Shown here: positions 17,511-26,991 of the stretch, piece after piece
Position numbering within the stretch: position 1 is the first letter of the stretch
Layout: the number at the start of each line of letters is the position of its first letter
Assembly (NCBI GenBank): GCA_045863055.1
Contig: BTUW01000010.1
Location: 59,417 to 123,416, forward strand
From: Chlorobiota bacterium
GTDB taxonomy: Bacteria; Bacteroidota; Ignavibacteria; Ignavibacteriales; Ignavibacteriaceae
Direction: 5' to 3'
DNA length: 64,000 nt
Made by a program: the position numbers and the translations under genes
The notes under the pieces: generated by a model
The model's database searches: none
What the model saw: the letters and a program-made list of their open reading frames with translations, nothing else
Told to the model about the DNA's origin: nothing

Positions 17511-20207
17511 ATGAAAAAAACCGTCGTTCTGGCCTTATTGGCTGTTACCCTCCTTTTCCCTCAGGATAATTGGAAAAAAGTAAAGATCTTTCCATCAGCA
17601 ACCGAAGGATTTGCCCGGCTCGAGCAGCTTTCCGCAGGCCTCGATGAAGCTTACCCTGAGAAGGACGGTTCGGTGAGCATGTTCATTAGTGCCTCCGATT
17701 TCACAAAGCTCAAAACCCTCGGGATGCCTTATGAAGTGGTGATCGATGACTGGCATGCGTACTACGCGTCACTTCCCGTTCTCACCCCGGAAGAAAAGGA
17801 TGAATTCATACAGCAGAGCAAGCAGCAGTTCGGCGTCGAGGGATTCGGTTTCGGATCGATGGGCGGATATTACACTTTCCAGGAAGCGATCAACCAGCTT
17901 GATTCGATGTATGCCCGCTTCCCGAATCTGATCACACCTAAATTCCAGATCGGCACAACCGAGAACGGCCGGCCAATTTGGGCAGTAAAGATAAGCGACA
18001 ATCCGAATCAGGATGAAGGGGAGCCGCAGGCGCTGTTTGATGGTCTTATTCACGCCCGCGAACCGATGTCGGTGATGACGGTCATCTATTATATGTACTA
18101 TTTATGTGAAAACTACGGTACCAACCCCGAGGTAACCTACCTCGTGAACAACCGTGAGATATTCTTTGTGCCGGTGCTAAATCCCGACGGTTATGAGCAG
18201 AACCGCACCACCAACCCCAACGGCGGCGGAATGTGGAGGAAGAACCGCAGAAACAACGGCGGCAGCTATGGAGTTGATCTTAACCGTAACTTCGGCTACA
18301 TGTGGGGCTACGACAACTCGGGCTCAAGCCCCAACCCCCCGGATGAAGATTACCGCGGTCCGTCCGCATTTTCGGAACCGGAGCTCGCGGGCTACAGAAA
18401 TTTCGTGAATACTAAAAACATCAAAACCTACATCAATTTCCACTCATACCAGAACGCGATGCTCTACCCATGGGGGTACATTAACGCTCAAACCCCCGAT
18501 CACGCGATCTATGAGGACTTCTGCGCTTACATGGCGCAGTTCAACGGATATGTTTACGGAAATGGTGGCACGGTTCTGGGTTATAACTCGAACGGAAGCG
18601 CGCGCGACTGGTTCTACGGCGAACAGACCACAAAACCGAAAGCCTTTGGATATACCTTCGAAATCGGGAGCTCATCTGACGGGTTTTGGCCCGCACAAAA
18701 CCGTATTTTCCCCCTCGCGCAAGGGAATCTGAGACCGCTTCTCTTCAAATCATGGGTGGCAGGCGAGTATGTTTCATTGTTCGCTCCACGGTACGACAGG
18801 CAATACTTCAACCCCGGTGAAACCGTTGCGATGAAACCCGTTTTCAAGAACAGGGGACTTTCAGCAGCGAACGATGTGTCGGTTGAACTTCAGTCGCTCT
18901 CCCCGTCAATAACGGTGGTTTCCGGCGCGGCGACACTTCAGAACCTCGCCTCGATGGATACCGCAGCAATATCGGGACAACTAAGCTTCTCGATCGCATC
19001 TGACGCGGGCATTTCGCAGCAGCACGCGATACTGATCAAGACGGTGAAGGGGGGTGCCACCATGTCGATCGATACACTCAAACTGGCGCTCGGCGTTCCC
19101 AACTACGCGTTTATTGATACGACTCTTACCCCCGTTACCAACTGGGACCTCGTGGTCACACCAACCACTTCACCGAAGTGGGACGCGACCACCACGAGCT
19201 TCGTCACAGCCCCTGTTTCTTTCACCGACAGTAAAACGGGCACATACGTCGCGAACCTGACATCGACAATGACGACAAAAAACGCGATAGACCTTACGAC
19301 CGTGAACAATCCAAAACTCGTTTTCTGGCTTAAATACGATATCGAATCGAACTACGATTACGCTCAGGTGATGATCTCGACCAACGGCGGTACATCATTC
19401 ACCCCGCTCGCCGGAAAATATACCGAGCCCTCCTCAGGCAGCTTTCAGCCGCCGAATCAGCCCGTTTACGATGGCACAAAAGCGAACTGGCTGCAGGAGG
19501 AGATATCGCTCGCTCCGTATGCCGGGCAGCAGATCAAGCTCCGCTTCCTTCTTAAAACCGACGGCTCACAGCAGAAGGACGGCATTTATCTTGACGACAT
19601 AGGAATAGTCGGATACTCGGTCGTGCCTGTCGAGATGGTGTCATTCACGGGCGCGGTCAGCTCAAGCGGAAACCCGGTACTCAACTGGAAAGTGGCCTCA
19701 GAGCTCAATAACAAAGGTTTTACCATTGAGAGAAGAAATTCAGATGGCGGTTGGAGAAGTTCGGGCTTTATTGAAGGAAGGGGCACAGCAACAGAGCCGA
19801 AAGAGTATTCATTTGAAGATATCTCCGGATTCGAGGGTGAGTCATCGGCTTTTTACCGTCTTATCCAGACCGACTTTGACGGCACACGAACCATCTTCGG
19901 TCCGCTGGAAGTGATGAACACTCTCCCGACGGAGTTCTCGTTGAGCCAGAACCATCCGAATCCGTTCAATCCGGAGACGGTTATCCGTTTCTCGTTGCCC
20001 GCCAGTGGCTCTGCCATTGCCGGTTACGTGAAAGGTGTGGTTTACGACATGCTTGGAAGGGAAGTGGCGATACTTCTGAACGGAGTAATGCCCGCGGGGA
20101 ACCACACGCTGAAATTCAATGCAGCGGGATTGCCGTCCGGTGTTTACATCTTCCGTCTGGAAGCAGGTAAACACACGGCAGCTATAAAGATGGTGGTGAA
20201 CAAGTAG
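17511..20207 (+). CDS. M14 family zinc carboxypeptidase with extra beta-sandwich domains and T9SS sorting domain
   Basis: HAREPMS (HxxE), NPDGYE, WRKNRR, DLNRNF and NFHSYQN are M14 signatures. C-terminus NHPNPFNPETVIRF...GVYIFRLEAGKHTAAIKMVVNK. Confidence 0.9.
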   Translation: MKKTVVLALLAVTLLFPQDNWKKVKIFPSATEGFARLEQLSAGLDEAYPEKDGSVSMFISASDFTKLKTLGMPYEVVIDDWHAYYASLPVLTPEEKDEFIQQSKQQFGVEGFGFGSMGGYYTFQEAINQLDSMYARFPNLITPKFQIGTTENGRPIWAVKISDNPNQDEGEPQALFDGLIHAREPMSVMTVIYYMYYLCENYGTNPEVTYLVNNREIFFVPVLNPDGYEQNRTTNPNGGGMWRKNRRNNGGSYGVDLNRNFGYMWGYDNSGSSPNPPDEDYRGPSAFSEPELAGYRNFVNTKNIKTYINFHSYQNAMLYPWGYINAQTPDHAIYEDFCAYMAQFNGYVYGNGGTVLGYNSNGSARDWFYGEQTTKPKAFGYTFEIGSSSDGFWPAQNRIFPLAQGNLRPLLFKSWVAGEYVSLFAPRYDRQYFNPGETVAMKPVFKNRGLSAANDVSVELQSLSPSITVVSGAATLQNLASMDTAAISGQLSFSIASDAGISQQHAILIKTVKGGATMSIDTLKLALGVPNYAFIDTTLTPVTNWDLVVTPTTSPKWDATTTSFVTAPVSFTDSKTGTYVANLTSTMTTKNAIDLTTVNNPKLVFWLKYDIESNYDYAQVMISTNGGTSFTPLAGKYTEPSSGSFQPPNQPVYDGTKANWLQEEISLAPYAGQQIKLRFLLKTDGSQQKDGIYLDDIGIVGYSVVPVEMVSFTGAVSSSGNPVLNWKVASELNNKGFTIERRNSDGGWRSSGFIEGRGTATEPKEYSFEDISGFEGESSAFYRLIQTDFDGTRTIFGPLEVMNTLPTEFSLSQNHPNPFNPETVIRFSLPASGSAIAGYVKGVVYDMLGREVAILLNGVMPAGNHTLKFNAAGLPSGVYIFRLEAGKHTAAIKMVVNK

Positions 20208-20343
20208 AACTTTTTTGAACCTAAGAACTCGAGAACCTAAGTGCGCCGCGGCGCATAAAGAACCTAAGAACTAAAGAATAAATCTTCCTAAGTTCATGAG
20301 TTCTTAAGTTCCTAAGTTCATGAGTTCATGAGTTCTTAAGTTC
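20208..20343. repeat. Mosaic intergenic element: CCTAAGAAC words, 14-nt palindrome tgcgccgcggcgca, and inverted GTTCTTAAG/TTCATGAG words
   Basis: gaacctaagaactcgagaacctaag, then the palindrome at 20242..20255, then aacctaagaactaaag, then ttcctaagttcatgagttcttaagttcctaagttcatgagttcatgagttcttaagttc, which abuts the cytochrome c stop codon. Confidence 0.85.
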
Positions 20344-20763
20344 TTACTTCGTGAGGAGATAATCGGCAATTTTGCCGAGTTCTTTTACGTCCTTGTTGCC
20401 GTAAGAGGGCATAACGCCCGAGGCATATTTGGTTTTATACTCATCGAATCTTGCGCCCGTCTTGTTCTTTTCGGGGTTGCGGAGATAGGCGATGAGCGAC
20501 TCTCTATCGTAAAATTTTGACATTCCAACCAGTGGCGGAGCCATGGGGGTACCGTTCAGATCGTTACCGTGGCAGTTCAGGCAGCCGAAATTATTCATAA
20601 GTTCCTGACCGCTCAGAGAAGTGGTGTCGGCAGCAGCACTTCCTTCCTCCATGTATCCCGGACCTGTTGTTGAGGCACCGGTGTCACGGGTAAGATGTTG
20701 CAGAAAGAAGAGACCGGCAAAAGCGGCGATAAAAACGAGTATCCATACCAGGGTTTTAGTCAT
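20344..20763 (-). CDS. Membrane-anchored monoheme c-type cytochrome
   Basis: N-terminal TM helix, a single CLNCHG heme motif, and a distal Met region GVMPSYG. Confidence 0.8.
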   Translation of the reverse strand: MTKTLVWILVFIAAFAGLFFLQHLTRDTGASTTGPGYMEEGSAAADTTSLSGQELMNNFGCLNCHGNDLNGTPMAPPLVGMSKFYDRESLIAYLRNPEKNKTGARFDEYKTKYASGVMPSYGNKDVKELGKIADYLLTK

Positions 20764-20780
20764 GTAACCTCAAAGATTTT

Positions 20781-22372
20781 TTAGTTGTTGTTTGCAATAT
20801 CGTAATAATCCTTATAAGATTTAATCCCTTCAAAAATGGCTTTCGCAAGTTGGTTTTGTCCCTTTTCACTTGCGAGATACTTTTCTTCCTCAACATTCGA
20901 AATAAAACCGAGTTCGATCAGCACATTCGGCATCGAAGCCCCGACAAGAACATAGAATCCAGCCTGTTTCACTCCGCGCGAGGCACGGTCGGTGTGTTCT
21001 TTGAACGACTTGTTCAGGAGACCCGCGAACTTTTCCGAGTGGTGCATGTAAGCCGCGTGCGCCATCGAAGTAAGGATGTAATTTTCGTCATCCAGTTCCT
21101 TGTAGCGGGCGGGGTCGTCCTCATACTTAATAACGCTGTTCTCGGTTTTCGCGATGTCGATGGCATCTTTGGTTTTCCCGGGGCGGAGGAGATACACTTC
21201 CGTGCCGCGGGCTTTACTGTTGCGTTCGGGGGTTGAATTGCAGTGGATCGAAATGAAGAGGTCGCCCTCTTTTTCGTTGGCGATCTTGCCTCTTTTGAAG
21301 AGTTCAACGAATCTGTCGTCATCTCTGGTGTAAACCACCTTCACTCCGGGGAGGTTTTTCCTGATCAGATCACCCACCTTGAGGGCGACGGCCAGATTCA
21401 CATTCTTTTCATAAACCTTGTTGGTACCCACCGCGCCGGCATCTTTTCCCCCGTGCCCCGCGTCGAGCACCACTACATCAAATTTCCATCCCTCTTTTTT
21501 TTTACAGGACCGGTTGATGCTTCTGAAGTGGAGTAGACGAGAACCTGCAGTTCCTTCTTCGATTTAATTCTCTTAACTTCGTACGATGAATAGGCGTCTG
21601 TCAGGTAGAGCATAAGTTCGCCGTTCCCTTTACGGACGCGGCCCTTTATCTCCTTGACGGGACCCGACTGGAAGGTCTTGTTCACGTTTTTCAGGATGAT
21701 ATCGCAATTTTCGATGGTGATCGAGATGTACCTGTCACCGTTTTCCTTGATCGAGTGTTTAATGCCGTTGGCTTCACCCTTGTAAGTGAATATGCAGAAA
21801 AGACCGTTCGATTTCAGATCGTACGATGCTTTCAGGATCGCGTTCTTCTTGTCTGATTTGGCTTCGGGCTCTATGACATCTTCATCTTTTGTGTTTTTTT
21901 CATCCTTTTTGGCGGTTTTATCCTCTTTATCATTCTTGGGGTCCGCCTCTTTGCCTATACTTTCATCCTTGGGAAATTTGTAAGAATATTTCTCATCGAA
22001 TGTCGCGGAAAAGACGTTCTTGCTGGCTGCCACCGGGATCAGAAGGTCGTTACCCTGCTTCAGGGCCGACTTTGTCATCTTGTAGGTCTTGCTCTTCTTA
22101 TCCTTCACTACAACCGCGTTTGGGTTCTTGGCGGTGAATTTTACGGATGATTTGGAGCCCGCAACGAGTTCAAACTTCGTGTTCTCACTCGTGCGTGTGA
22201 GTTTAAGCGAAAACTTCGAAGCGAGGTCGTTAAGAGAAAGATAGGTTACCTTATCCTTCTTAACGGTTTTTACCTTTTTGTTCTTGCTGCCTATGGTGAT
22301 CTCAACCCCCTGGGCGGGCACCACTATCAGAAGCGCCAGGGCGAAAAGAAATATCCTTGTGACGGTTTGCAT
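20781..22372 (-). CDS. AMIN-domain N-acetylmuramoyl-L-alanine amidase (AmiC-like) encoded in two frames joined at an A9 tract (needs a -1 shift)
   Basis: The upstream frame (21473..22372) encodes a signal peptide plus an AMIN-like domain. The downstream frame reads KKKEGWKFDVVVLDAGHGGKDAG..., then HCNS..., GFISN, which is Amidase_3. The frames meet at T9 21495..21503 (A9 on the coding strand). Confidence 0.75.
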
Positions 22373-22563
22373 TACAAATTCCGGACTTTTATAAAAATTA
22401 AAGCATAAAATTAATGAATTATCGTAAACTTATGAAATATAAAAATTTACGGATAAAATGGCCGTTTCTTTACTCATCACTTCCTGTTTCATATATTTCC
22501 GATGAGAAAATTAAAAATTCCCCTGAGCAGTAAGTCAGAATTTATAAGAGAGGACCGACAACC

Positions 22564-23142
22564 ATGAGATCAACATTCCTGTTTTTGGCAGCATTTTCAC
22601 TGGCCGCACTTCAGTTCACCGGATGTACCGACAAGAATTCGCGCGAGTACACACTCGACACCACTTCGACCCCGGCCGCACCTCCTCCTGCAGCCCCCGC
22701 GGCTGAAACCCCCGCCGGCGACGGTGAGATCACGATCAACATAAAAGGGCAGGCGATCAAGGAGGGTTCCTACAAACTGAGAGCCGACCAGGCTTTTTAC
22801 AACGATGCCGACGGTGTAACCACCCTTAAGTTTACCGGAATGATCGACAAGGATTCAGCCATCGTCGACATTCACTTCATCGGTGACAAACCCGGCAAGT
22901 TCGAGGTCGGCAAACCGAGCGGAAAAGGTGAAGGCAAGGTAACCTGCAATGTACTCCTCTGGATCCCGGGGGCAAGCATCGGAACCAAGTTCTTCTACAT
23001 GGGCGGTTCAGGCACTATCGACATTGCTGAAGTGGCACCGGCAGTAAAAGGTTCATTCAAAGGCGGTGGATCTGACATCGTTTCCCTTGATTCTCCAACA
23101 GATATCACCTTCGAGGGCACTTTCTCGATCGTGAAGAAGTAA
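22564..23142 (+). CDS. Lipoprotein, unknown function
   Basis: MRSTFLFLAAFSLAALQFTGCTD lipobox and a Pro/Ala-rich linker. Followed by a terminator hairpin at 23214..23241. Confidence 0.65.
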   Translation: MRSTFLFLAAFSLAALQFTGCTDKNSREYTLDTTSTPAAPPPAAPAAETPAGDGEITINIKGQAIKEGSYKLRADQAFYNDADGVTTLKFTGMIDKDSAIVDIHFIGDKPGKFEVGKPSGKGEGKVTCNVLLWIPGASIGTKFFYMGGSGTIDIAEVAPAVKGSFKGGGSDIVSLDSPTDITFEGTFSIVKK

Positions 23143-23146
23143 ATTT

Positions 23147-23416
23147 AAAAGTTACGCGGATTATGCGGATTTAACACAGATTCACACGGATTTTTGTTGA
23201 TTTTTTTTCCAATGGCCGGTGGTATTAACCACCGGTTTTTGGTTTTAAAAGGTTTATTTCAAACCCCTCTCCCCTTAATCCCCTCTCGCCTTCCAAGGCA
23301 AGAGGGGAGACGGCTGAAGAAAAATGTCTGAATCAGGATTTACAGGATTTTAGGATTAGCAGGAATAATCTGCTTAATGAAGAGATAATACCTGATACCT
23401 TATACCTAATACCTAT
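23147..23416. repeat. Mosaic intergenic element: CGGATT words, ccggtgg terminator hairpin, cccctctc hairpin, CAGGATT words and ATACCT words
   Basis: Modules read directly. 23147..23195 is related to 12733/15198. 23208..23245 and 23325..23366 recur inverted at 32400..32445 and 32358..32400. Confidence 0.85.
23214..23241 (+). terminator. Intrinsic terminator after the lipoprotein gene 22564..23142
   Basis: CCGGTGGtattaaCCACCGGTTTTTGGTTTT. Confidence 0.75.
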
Positions 23417-23530
23417 CACGCTTCGACCGCCGGAAATTCTCTCCCGCGCTTCTGCTTAGGCCGGACCCACCTGGCATTCGTGCCATGATTGGCATGCAAT
23501 CCCATTCTGGAATGTGCGCACCGTATTAAT

Positions 23531-23627
23531 ACTTTGTGGCGCATGCCCGACCCGGATTCTTCGAACATCATTGCTTGCGATCCCGCGGAGCGGGACCCTC
23601 CGCCCTGCAGGGGCGGAATGTTGGTAG
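23531..23627 (+). repeat. Three-hairpin core module, copy 1 (candidate structured RNA or REP/BIME-like unit)
   Basis: actttgtggcgca...ttgcttgcga-TCCCGC-gga-GCGGGA-..-CCGCCC-tgca-GGGCGG-aatgttggtag. Confidence 0.6.
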
Positions 23628-23733
23628 AATACGAACGAAACAAAACCCAGCCCGCCCCGGGCGGGCGGCATATTATAAACCTGCGCGCAAGTGCTGAGCA
23701 CGGCCCAGGCGGGCTGTTTCCTTTTTTAGGACA

Positions 23734-25032
23734 TCAATGTCCGGTAAAATTATATGCCTCAATCTCCAGGGGTATCTGATAATATGACATGCCCCCCGCT
23801 ACCGCCTTCACATATGCGTCACGAAAACCATTATATCCGAGTTTCGAGTATTGAATTACGTGCACGAGTTCATGCAGAAGAGTCCATCTGTCCTCGAGCC
23901 GGCCCGGTTCAAAATCCTCGAAATAAATGTTGTTCCCGAATGTCTGAGCTGCCGGTTTAACCCCACCCAGAAGATCGGTAATCGTGTTGATCACACCTAT
24001 CTTCGTCTTTAGTGAATTCAACGGAACCGACTTGTATATCTTCACAGCCGAAAAATCCTTTCCGGGGAAATATGATTCTATCTCACTTCGTGCATAATCA
24101 GGTAACTGGGCAACAGTGTAGAAAATTGAACTCTCTTTTTGGACATGTTCCTCAAGCGCGGATTTTGTCGCGTCAAACCAAAGCGGTCCGAAACTTGATT
24201 TGATCTTTCCCCATGCAGATTGAAGGTTGTTGAAGTACTCTATAGGACTGCCTTCTGCTGCATAACTCTTTAACTCACTGAATGGTATCGCAATAATTAA
24301 GTGTCGAGAGTACCAAAAAAGTGTATTTTCTGCGAAAATAAAAATATACAATGAATCCTTGGTGAACGAGAATTCCGTTTCCGGTGTAATCCGGGCAGTC
24401 TCTAACCATGAATCAAAATTATACCACTGTTCATTTAACTTTTTTCCGTCATAAAACATGCCTTCGCCAAAGCTTCTGATGAGCTTTTTGTCGTTCCTGA
24501 TCTTTTTCCTGATTTGGGTCATGATCTTGTCATATTGATTCGGTGAAACAACTTGATCCAGTTTGAGCTTCTCACTTGTCACTGTATTGAAATTTAAATT
24601 CCGGATTTCGCTGAAAGTACCCGCGGGAGTCCTGACCAATGAATTTGTCCAAAGTGAAAGAAAAGGACCCGCATTTACGCAAGAATTTGTGTGCAACTCT
24701 TTGATACATCCCCATCCCCAACCATTGTGGTCAGCCAAGGCTAATTCGTAAATGCCCGATAGCTCCCGATTGATGTTTTCGACAAAATTGTTGTTTATTG
24801 CCTCTTTTACGAATATCTTGTTCTCATGATATTCCATGTTGGCCGGCTGAATGACGGAACTTTTTTTCTCCGTGAAAAGGATTGAACTCCCGATGAGATT
24901 ACTCTGAGAATTCCACTCGGGGTAATCAATAGTTATCTTCATTTTTTGCGAATTCAGCGGAAATGACAGAATGAAAAGGACAGATAGCATTATGCCGGCA
25001 GTCTTGATATCAGTACTGATAAAGGATCGCAT
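23734..25032 (-). CDS. Secreted protein with C-terminal DUF4157-type zincin motif (HExxH) and DUF3298-like N-terminal region
   Basis: The start is probably MRSFISTDIKTAGIMLSVLFILSFPLNSQ (25032). The track start 25116 adds 28 unlikely residues. The C-terminus FGNNIYFEDFEPGRLEDRWTLLHELVHVIQY resembles DUF4157. AT-rich relative to its flanks (by eye). Confidence 0.6.
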   Translation of the reverse strand: MRSFISTDIKTAGIMLSVLFILSFPLNSQKMKITIDYPEWNSQSNLIGSSILFTEKKSSVIQPANMEYHENKIFVKEAINNNFVENINRELSGIYELALADHNGWGWGCIKELHTNSCVNAGPFLSLWTNSLVRTPAGTFSEIRNLNFNTVTSEKLKLDQVVSPNQYDKIMTQIRKKIRNDKKLIRSFGEGMFYDGKKLNEQWYNFDSWLETARITPETEFSFTKDSLYIFIFAENTLFWYSRHLIIAIPFSELKSYAAEGSPIEYFNNLQSAWGKIKSSFGPLWFDATKSALEEHVQKESSIFYTVAQLPDYARSEIESYFPGKDFSAVKIYKSVPLNSLKTKIGVINTITDLLGGVKPAAQTFGNNIYFEDFEPGRLEDRWTLLHELVHVIQYSKLGYNGFRDAYVKAVAGGMSYYQIPLEIEAYNFTGH

Positions 25033-25284
25033 TGCGTTAATTCCTTTCAGATTGTTCTTATGTGGAAAGAGGATTAAAATTCTCCTGTAAACTACAAAGA
25101 AAATTTCAAAATTCACAGTACCATGATCCTTCCTTCCACCGGATTGTCATTAACAAAAACCACAGGCCACGAAACTCATCGCTAATTTGCCGCGGACTAA
25201 CCACTCTCTTTTTGCCATTCCCAATTATTTTCTTAATATTGCAGTGGGTAAACAAAACTTGTCGAATACAATATAAAGATCATA

Positions 25285-26991
25285 ATGGCGAATCATCAGG
25301 AACTCTCTTCTCTCATCTGGAATGTTTGCGATGATGTGTTGCGCGGACTGTTCAAACCGCATGAGTATGGGGATATTATTCTTCCTTTCGTGGTGCTGCG
25401 GCGGCTGGACTGCGTTCTGGAACCGCAAAAAGACCGTGCTCACGAACTTTACGAGCGTTACAAAAATGAAAATATCGACCTCTACCCGGTGATCACCGGG
25501 GAACTGCAGATGCAGTTCTACAACCACTCCAAATTTGACCTCGCGCGCTTAAAACACGATCCCAAAAACCTCCACCTCAACTTCCGGAATTACATCGAAG
25601 GCTTCTCAAAGAATGTCTATGAGATTATCCAAAAATTCAAGATTCAGGAAGCGATCGATTTATTGAACAGTGAAAATGTGTTCTACCTCTTTGTCGAGAA
25701 GTTCACGACCGTCGATCTCCATCCTGAAGTGGTGGATAACCACGCGATGGGGCAGGTGTTCGAGGAACTGCTGCGCCGCTTCTCGGAAATGAGCAATGAA
25801 ACAAGCGGTGAGCACTACACGCCGAGGGATATTGTGCAACTGCTTGTTGCCCTTTTGTTCTCGGGAAGTGAAGACGACCTTAAGGGTGAGGGGAAGATCC
25901 GCTCCCTCTTCGACCCCTGCTGCGGCACGGGAGGCATGCTGACGATCGGCAAGGAGTGGGTGTTGCGCCACATCAATCCGGGGATCGAGATACGCCTGAA
26001 CGGACAGGAACTGAACCCCCAGACCTACTCGATCTGCAAATCTGACATGCTGATCTCGGGTGAGAATCCTGACAATATCAAACTCGGCTCGTCACTTTCG
26101 CAGGACGGGTTCAGTGATGAAAAATTCGAGTACATGCTCACAAATCCCCCGTTCGGTGTGAGTTGGAAGAAAGACGCAGAGTTTGTTAAAGATGAGGCTC
26201 GCGACTCAAGAGGGAGGTTTTTTGCCGGGATACCTAAAATATCGGATGGTTCTCTATTGTTTCTGCAGCACATGATATCGAAAATGGAGGCGAAAGGTTC
26301 ACGGATCGGCATCATCTTCAACGGCTCGCCACTCTTCAACGGCGACGCGGGCTCCGGCGAAAGCGAGATCAGGAAGTGGATAATCGAGAATGATATGCTC
26401 GAGTGCATCGTGCAGCTACCTGATTCACTATTCTTCAATACAGATATTACCACATACATCTGGATTGTGACCAATAAGAAAAGCCCATATCGTAGGGGAC
26501 ATATACAGTTGATAAATGCTGCGAATCATTACCAACCGATGAAAAAATCTCTCGGGAAGAAAAGGAAAGAAGTCACAGCAGAGCAGATCGATCTGATCGT
26601 TAAAACATACAACGATTTCACTGAAACTGAAATATGTAAGATATACCCTAATTCGTTCTTCGGATATGTAAAGGTGACGGTGGAGCGACCACTGATAGAG
26701 AATGGTCAGCCCGTTTTCGACAAAAAGGGCGCGCTTAAACCGGACTCATCCCTCAGGGACTTTGAACGCGTACCGCTCGATACCCCTGTCGAAGAGTATT
26801 TCGAGAAGGAGGTAAAACCCCACCAGCCGGATGCCTGGATGGATCGCGCGAAGGATGTCAGGGGGTACGAAATAAACTTCACGAAGTATTTCTACAAGTT
26901 CATGCCCCTCCGTCCGCTCGAGGAGATCACAAAGGAACTCCAGGAATTGGAAAAGAAATCGGACAACCTGATGAAAGAGCTCATTAAATGA
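25285..26991 (+). CDS. hsdM: Type I restriction-modification system, DNA methyltransferase subunit
   Basis: N-terminal HsdM_N pattern (LIWNVCDDVLRG, EYGDIILPFVVLRRLD), motif I FDPCCGTGGML and motif IV LTNPPFG. Confidence 0.92.
   Translation: MANHQELSSLIWNVCDDVLRGLFKPHEYGDIILPFVVLRRLDCVLEPQKDRAHELYERYKNENIDLYPVITGELQMQFYNHSKFDLARLKHDPKNLHLNFRNYIEGFSKNVYEIIQKFKIQEAIDLLNSENVFYLFVEKFTTVDLHPEVVDNHAMGQVFEELLRRFSEMSNETSGEHYTPRDIVQLLVALLFSGSEDDLKGEGKIRSLFDPCCGTGGMLTIGKEWVLRHINPGIEIRLNGQELNPQTYSICKSDMLISGENPDNIKLGSSLSQDGFSDEKFEYMLTNPPFGVSWKKDAEFVKDEARDSRGRFFAGIPKISDGSLLFLQHMISKMEAKGSRIGIIFNGSPLFNGDAGSGESEIRKWIIENDMLECIVQLPDSLFFNTDITTYIWIVTNKKSPYRRGHIQLINAANHYQPMKKSLGKKRKEVTAEQIDLIVKTYNDFTETEICKIYPNSFFGYVKVTVERPLIENGQPVFDKKGALKPDSSLRDFERVPLDTPVEEYFEKEVKPHQPDAWMDRAKDVRGYEINFTKYFYKFMPLRPLEEITKELQELEKKSDNLMKELIK

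Noticed and set aside
23416-23779. Three overlapping 75-96-aa ORFs in the 23.4-23.8 kb gap
   Set aside because: They overlap each other in different frames across GC-rich hairpin modules that recur as non-coding repeats at 32.2 kb. They have no start context and Arg/Gly/Pro-rich composition. I treat the region as non-coding.
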